A stretch of DNA of 63,619 bases, counting the filler, from Thraustochytrium aureum (Eukaryota): assembly GCA_012862495.1 (NCBI GenBank). It is 4 parts of 4 records of this genome, joined end to end, with 100 filler letters (N's around TTAATTAATTAA, not from the genome) between each part and the next. Parts side by side here need not be neighbours in the genome. Positions count along the whole stretch, not along the records: positions 52,871 to 62,293 come from BLSG01000414.1; positions 62,394 to 63,619 come from BLSG01000422.1; 2 more parts are not named here. The stretch is one strand, 5' to 3'. Of this stretch, positions 58,091-63,619 are shown piece after piece. Below the pieces are notes generated by a model. That model had not been told where the DNA came from. It searched no databases and saw nothing but the letters and a program-made list of their open reading frames with translations. The position numbers and the translations under genes are program-made. Position 1 is the first letter of the stretch. Every line of letters starts with the position of its first letter.

Positions 58091-59518
58091 ATGCACTTCA
58101 GGCACGCCAAGGAGTGCCGCGACGAGCGCGCTCTGCGGTACGAAGGTTGGAAGCTCGGCGTGTCGGTCCTCATATTCTGGGCGCTCGCCTCGCTGATTCC
58201 AGTGTACAACAAGGTCGTGTTCGAAGGACTCGCCGGAGACCGCGGGTTTCCCTTCCCGATGACAACCGCATTCCTCCAGCTCCTTTTCTGCGCCGTTGTC
58301 CTCACAGTCGCAGACGTGGCGAAGCACGCTTGGCAGAGCTTGGAAAAGCCGCCGTTGGACATCAACGACCCGGAGGTGGCGGCGTTGTTAGCCACACTAC
58401 AGCGCGACGCGCGCGTGCTGCACTTTGACGACCCCGAGAGCGAGGTTGCCGTCGCCGAGCTTCGCGCGCTCGAGGCACAAACACGCACTGGGGCCTCAGA
58501 TTCGTGGATGTGCGGGCCGCACCTTTGGTTCAAGCTCAAGCTCACCGCGCCCATTGGGACCCTGTTTGGGCTCAAGTACGGTGTCACCAACTGGGGCCTG
58601 CACCTTTTACCGATCGCGCCGCACCTGCTCCTGCAGGCCACCGACCTCGCTTGGACGGTCCTGTTTGCGCGCATCATCGCAAAGGAAAAGCTTTCGCAAG
58701 CCGAACTGCTCACGTGCTTGGGGTCCTCTGTCGGCACGGTGTTAATCGCGTACCGCACACAGCAGGTCATCCCGGACGGGCTCTACGCAATCGCCGTCAA
58801 CTTGGTGAGCCCCGTGCTGTTGGGGTTGTGCATCACCACGCTGCGCCTTGCGACGCACAAGCTGCTCGTGCGAGAGGCGGGCCCTCAGGGACGCACGCAG
58901 AACATGACCCCGTTCGAGTTGTCGGCGATCAAGCTCTGGATTTCGTCCATCGTCATCTTTCCCTTTGCGTTCTTCTTCGAGAACGACGGCTTCCGGGCCG
59001 TGGGCCTCGCGCCGCCGATTGACCCTGCCGCCCCTCGTGAGCCGACCGCTTGGTCGGTCGCTCGCAACGACAGCCCCGCGCTCGGCTTGGCGGCGATTGG
59101 CGGCGGCCTCTTTGTGCTCATATTCCAGGTCAACATGACGTGGCTCAGCAAGATGGCCTCAGCGGTCACCGTAGGGATGGTCGGCGGGATGAAGATCATT
59201 CCGCAGTGGATCTCTGCGATCCTGTTTAGCCGCTCGCTCGATCTCAGCCCGCTCAACCTGGCGGGCGCCTCCACGCTGCTCATCAGCAGCCTTATCTGGA
59301 CCTACCTGCGCTACGACCCCGCCATCACCGACACGACGCCAGCGTACCGCACCAAGCAGTACGTGCGCCGGCCGCACTCGCGCAGCTCGGGCTCGGGGTC
59401 CTCCAGCGGCCGCTCCATACCAGGCTCCAGTACCACCGTCAGCGGCGCCACGCTGCCGTTGCTCGGGCCGTCCCCAACCCCCTCTTCCGCTGCATACGGC
59501 GCAGTACCTCGCGCTTGA
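58091..59518 (+). CDS. TPT / nucleotide-sugar transporter family (DMT) protein; start may lie in the gap
   Basis: IPVYNKVVF..FPFPMTTAFLQ, APIG..TNWGL and ASAVTVGMVGGMKII motifs; multiple TM helices. Confidence 0.85.
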   Translation: MHFRHAKECRDERALRYEGWKLGVSVLIFWALASLIPVYNKVVFEGLAGDRGFPFPMTTAFLQLLFCAVVLTVADVAKHAWQSLEKPPLDINDPEVAALLATLQRDARVLHFDDPESEVAVAELRALEAQTRTGASDSWMCGPHLWFKLKLTAPIGTLFGLKYGVTNWGLHLLPIAPHLLLQATDLAWTVLFARIIAKEKLSQAELLTCLGSSVGTVLIAYRTQQVIPDGLYAIAVNLVSPVLLGLCITTLRLATHKLLVREAGPQGRTQNMTPFELSAIKLWISSIVIFPFAFFFENDGFRAVGLAPPIDPAAPREPTAWSVARNDSPALGLAAIGGGLFVLIFQVNMTWLSKMASAVTVGMVGGMKIIPQWISAILFSRSLDLSPLNLAGASTLLISSLIWTYLRYDPAITDTTPAYRTKQYVRRPHSRSSGSGSSSGRSIPGSSTTVSGATLPLLGPSPTPSSAAYGAVPRA

Positions 59519-59599
59519 GACGGCCCGCCGCTCGCCGCCGCCGTCCATGCAATCCTCCGCTCAACCAAGTCTGCAAGCTCGACGTGGTGCTCGTCTTCG

Positions 59600-59821
59600 T
59601 TTTCGAGTGCCTTCGAGTGCGACCGCGTTGTTTTCGTCTTCTACGTCGCGCCCGTGTTTGCCATCGACTTGGTCTTTCTTTGAGCTCGTCTTCGTGATCT
59701 CGCTCGGCGTTTTCGAGTGCCTTCGAGTGCGACCGCGTTGTTTTCGTCTTCTACGTCGCGCCCGTGTTTTGCCATCGACTTGGTCTTTCTTTGAGCTCGT
59801 CTTCGTGATCTCGCTCGGCGT
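59600..59821. repeat. ~110-bp tandem duplication
   Basis: ttttcgagtgccttcgagtg...gatctcgctcggcgt occurs twice, and the copies differ by one T. Shorter degenerate units continue to about 59900. Confidence 0.9.
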
Positions 59822-60210
59822 GCTCGTGTTCTTCTGCGATCTCCTCTTCGTGATCTTGCTCGGCGTGCTCCTGTTCTTCTGCGAGCTCGTCTTCGTCGTC
59901 GGGCTCTTCTCCGAACAATCTCTCGCGCGCTCGCTCACATGCGCACGCACGCTCGCCTCGCACATTTCCGCCGCACTTTTTTTTGGATTGACTCGTGGAG
60001 GAAAAATTTGAAAATTCGAATCGCCGCCCGCGAGCTCAGGCCTCCAGCTCCGCCTCGCAGAGCGCGTCTCGAGCGAAGCTTGCATGGCGAGCGCGAGGCG
60101 GCCGTGCCTGTCGTAGAGTACGGACGCGACCGGGGCGGCTTGGATAAGGTCGGTCGCTGGATTGGGTGCGGCTCTTGGCAATCCGCCGCACCACACGGCT
60201 TCGGGTCGGC

Positions 60211-60213
<3 letters not shown>

Positions 60214-60259
<46 letters not shown>
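60214..60259. repeat. (CTG)n microsatellite
   Basis: Direct observation, about 15 units. Confidence 0.9.
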
Positions 60260-60311
60260 GAGCTGCCGCTGCGAGCTGCCGCTGCGAGCAAGGGACGGCA
60301 GGTTGGCAAGG

Positions 60312-61091
60312 ATGTTTGACGCAGACGCCGTTTGCAAGAAGCGGACGCTCGAGGACTGTGCCGGGCACATGCCATGGTCCTGGGCCGAAAGTGCGCGGCT
60401 TGCTGGGCGCAAGCGCGCCGTGAGCTTGTGTGAGAGCACAGAGTCTGAAAGCTGCCTGGTAGAGTGCGCAGACGTGCGGGGCTCGGATCCAGAGAGCTTT
60501 GGCGCGCCGGTCAGCGAAGCATGCCAAATAGGCCGCACCAGCGTGGGCCGGCTGAAGCGGTGCGCCAAGCGGCTCTTCAACTCCGATGTGAAGGACACGT
60601 CGCACTCGTCTGGCGACTATCCGAATGATGCTGCGCCCGAAGCTAGGAACGGGTCGCGCTCGTGGGTCTCGGGGCGCCAGAGGGGTGAGCGCGGCGATGC
60701 CGACATGCCCAGGAAAAAGGTCCAGCGCGCATTGTGGGAAATCGAGCCCCTCGACCGCTTCGAGATGTGGGACATCTGGCACCAGTCAGACGAGCTGGTC
60801 GCACGTGCCAAAGCTGCTGCGCGCTTAGCAGAGCAGCGCGCCAAGGCCGAGCTCGCACTAGAGCGCCAAGGCGCCCCCCGGGTGCACTCGCGAGCGCACA
60901 GTCCGAAGCAGGTCGTCCGCCGCAGCCCTCGCCTCGCGCAGCTCCTTGCGGCAAACGAAACCCCAACGCCACCGACTCGCAGCTGTCAGCGTTCTCAGCC
61001 CGTGCCGAAACTCCGTTTCGCGCGGCAACGCGCAGCCGCTTCGTCAGGCCCTGCTTTCGGGGTTCCAAAGGCGCCCGCCAGCGCAGAGTAG
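60312..61091 (+). CDS. Hypothetical protein (259 aa)
   Basis: ATG ORF with protein-like composition and basic NLS-like patches, followed by an AT-rich 3' region; no family recognised. Confidence 0.5.
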   Translation: MFDADAVCKKRTLEDCAGHMPWSWAESARLAGRKRAVSLCESTESESCLVECADVRGSDPESFGAPVSEACQIGRTSVGRLKRCAKRLFNSDVKDTSHSSGDYPNDAAPEARNGSRSWVSGRQRGERGDADMPRKKVQRALWEIEPLDRFEMWDIWHQSDELVARAKAAARLAEQRAKAELALERQGAPRVHSRAHSPKQVVRRSPRLAQLLAANETPTPPTRSCQRSQPVPKLRFARQRAAASSGPAFGVPKAPASAE

Positions 61092-61458
61092 GACAGCAAC
61101 GTCCGCGGCGGACACTACGCTTCGTTTCCGACGCGAAAGCAATAGAATGACGAAACGGTTTTGTTTCCTTGCCCACGCTCTCGATGCGCTCCGCCCGCGC
61201 CAAACTTTTTAAAATAAATAAAACTTCACACCGTGCTGCACCCATCCTGCGTGCTTGGTCCCGGCCTGACAAGTTCGTACAGTGGTAGCCTCCAAAGCCT
61301 ACGGGCTCTGCACGCCAGTGAATGTGGTGTGTGAGTACCCGGTCCAACGGTCAAATGCGGCGCCCTTCAGATGAAAACGATCGCTTCCTCGCGCCGCAAA
61401 CAGTCCACGCGCAATCGCGAGTGCGCGCGTCGCGCGTGGCAGACTCGCACCGGCGCTA

Positions 61459-61524
61459 GCGCCTCGAACTGGCAACTTTGCGCCTCGCACTGGCAACGTT
61501 GCGCCTCGAACTGGCAACTGTGCG
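61459..61524. repeat. 21-bp tandem repeat x3
   Basis: gcgcctcg(a/c)actggcaacnnt three times, just upstream of the TTLL ATG. Confidence 0.85.
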
Positions 61525-61555
61525 ATCAACTGGAGGCGTTGCAGGCTCTTGCACG

Positions 61556-62293
61556 ATGAACTGCGCGCTGCGCGCAACAGAGTCGTGCCCGTTGCCTGTG
61601 CGGCACGAGGCCGCGCGGCGAGGGTGGCACGTTGAGCTGCTCGCTGCAGAAACCAAAAACGGGACTGCTAGCTCGCTGGTCGGCGCCTCCGGCTCGCTCA
61701 AGAGCAAGCAGGCGGAGAGCGCCGGCGCAAGAGGCGCGCGGCTCACAGTGGTCTGGCGCAACTCGCGGTTCACAAAGTCCGAGTTTGCCAGCGCAGGGCC
61801 GGGCGAGCGCATGAACCACTTTCCGCACACGAAAGCGATAACTAAAAAGGACAACCTCGTCCGCGGACTCCGTAAAATGCGCGCAGTGCACGGCCGAGTG
61901 TACTGCTTCTCACCTCAAGCCTTTATTCTGCCCACAGACTACACCAAGTTTGTCAAGCAGTACGCCGAAGACGACGAGGAAGAGGGCGAGAAGACTGTCT
62001 GGATTTGCAAGCCGTCCGACATGTCGCGCGGGCGAAAAATCTTCTTGATCAAGGACCTCTCGGATCTGCACTACGACCAACAGTTCGTGATCCAAAAATA
62101 CGTGCCCAACCCCCTCACGATCGGGGGCTACAAACTGGACTTGCGTGTTTACGTCCTGGTGACAAGTATGCACCCGCTGCGCGTGCACGTGTACCGCGAC
62201 GGGCTGGCTCGGTTTGGGACGCAAAAGTACGACTCGGGAATGCTCGACATCGACAACGTGTTCGCACATCTCACGAACAGCTCAATCAACAAG
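61556..62293 (+). CDS. TTLL2: Tubulin polyglutamylase TTLL2-like, truncated by gap
   Basis: NHFP..ITKKDNL, WICKPSDMSRGRKIF, QKYVPNPL, KLDLRVYVLVT, GLARF and HLTNSSINK motifs. Confidence 0.88.
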
Positions 62294-63619
62294 NNNNNNN
62301 NNNNNNNNNNNNNNNNNNNNNNNNNNNNNNNNNNNNNTTAATTAATTAANNNNNNNNNNNNNNNNNNNNNNNNNNNNNNNNNNNNNNNNNNNNACGTTGC
62401 CTTGCAGAGACAGTCTTTCATGCGCTCCGCCGCGCGCCGGAGGCCTTTCGGATCCAGCGCGACTTGCGCGGCGCCGACCTCGGCGACCGTCTGCGTCTGG
62501 CAACCCTGTGCTCTAGCCGGTCTGGGCCGCTCGTTGTGGACATAGTGCCGATCTCGGAGGAGCCTCCTCCTTCGCTTGGCCCCGGCGACTCGGTCACCAC
62601 TCAGTGACGGGCGCCGCTCGCCAAGCGCGTGCAAGCCGTTCATCAGACGAGATGCGCCGGCCGGCATCCTCATTCATCACCCGTCCATTCCTTGCTCGTC
62701 ACGAGGCCGTTAGTACGGTGGTCGCATCCCCTCACATCGTCTCGTGCGGCGCGGACCCAAGTGTGAATAAATGTGGAGGACTCAATCAAGACTCGTAGGT
62801 ATTTGGCGTGCAAAAATTGGGCGACGAGATTGAGTGCAGCGCGGAGTTGCCCGAGGCAAGGAGGATCCGACCCCGAGGCGCTTGCGGCGTCGATGATTGG
62901 AGGAAGCGCCTGGCGGATGCAACCCTCCGCGCTGCACGCTTTTGGCGGCGGCCTATCTGTGGATAGGTTGCCCGACCGGGGAGAACGTTTCGTGATTGTC
63001 CAAGCAGTTCAGTGGTCTTGCCAGCAGAGCCAGTTGCGCACGCGCCGTGCGAACTCGATCAACTGACTGCAGCTGCAAGCCCGTTTCGGCGTGGCGTGGG
63101 CAGCGCTGGGCAGAGGGAGGGGCCTCGTTGTTCGCCACAGCGTGCAAAGCGCGACGCGCCGCGATTGATAGATAGCGGACCGTGGCAAGCGCGTGGACGG
63201 CCTGGCCTAGGCGGGGGGCGAGCGCAAGGGCTCATGGCCCATGCAACGGCGCGAAGTGGGCAACTCGCAAGACGGGCCACGCTCGGGCGCAGCTTTGCGG
63301 GTGCGTGCTTGCTGTTGAGCCACCTGGCCGACTCGGCGCCCGCCCTGCGCGGCAAGCCGACGTCAAGCTCGTCGGCGTCCATGCAGCTTGGAGCCTTCCA
63401 GAGCGGCTGTCGTCGCGGCTGCTTGCGGTCGCGTCGGGCGCCAGCGCAGCCTCTCTCGGCGCGAGCATTGTCGGGCTCGTGCTCTGCGCATGCAGTGTCG
63501 TGTTCGTGGTCACGCACTTCACTTCGCCGGTTGTGCCAACGCGGGGCCGGGGTACTTTTTAATCCCTCTAATTGCGCTTTTGGCCGCGCTAAACGTCTCG
63601 ATCTTGCTCCCGGCGATCG

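Noticed and set aside
2051..62293. Functional cluster of microtubule genes (Dad4, TPX2, TTLL2)
   Set aside because: The genes are spread over 60 kb among unrelated genes and separated by artificial joins, so chance is sufficient.
62394..63619. ORFs after the last spacer, including a possible terminal exon at about 62408-62607
   Set aside because: They have no recognisable motifs and cannot be linked to TTLL2 across an artificial join.

Overview
Gene-dense, GC-rich draft scaffold from a eukaryotic microbe. It has short GT-AG introns with CTRAC branch points, many N gaps and TTAATTAATTAA scaffold spacers. A stramenopile-type protist is plausible but is only an inference. About 25 protein genes can be called. 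Those with a recognisable family are a histidine acid phosphatase, the DASH/Dam1 subunit Dad4, a beta-hydroxyacid dehydrogenase, alkaline ceramidase, a CCDC28-like protein, DNA2, an ankyrin protein, an SDR, Sec61-gamma, a bZIP factor, a tetraspanin-like fragment, TAF1, a bacterial-type penicillin/AHL acylase (S45), a hAT transposase, TPX2, two TPT/SLC35 transporters, a WD40 protein, a scramblase, a Tim21-like protein, proteasome beta-2 and TTLL2. Ten single-base frameshifts, mostly in homopolymer runs, interrupt otherwise intact genes and are most likely sequencing errors. The most notable items are the Dad4 gene and the 38-44.3 kb accessory block (repeat arrays, S45 acylase, hAT transposase). 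All family assignments come from motif recognition by eye; no searches were run. No CRISPR array, rRNA or tRNA was seen.
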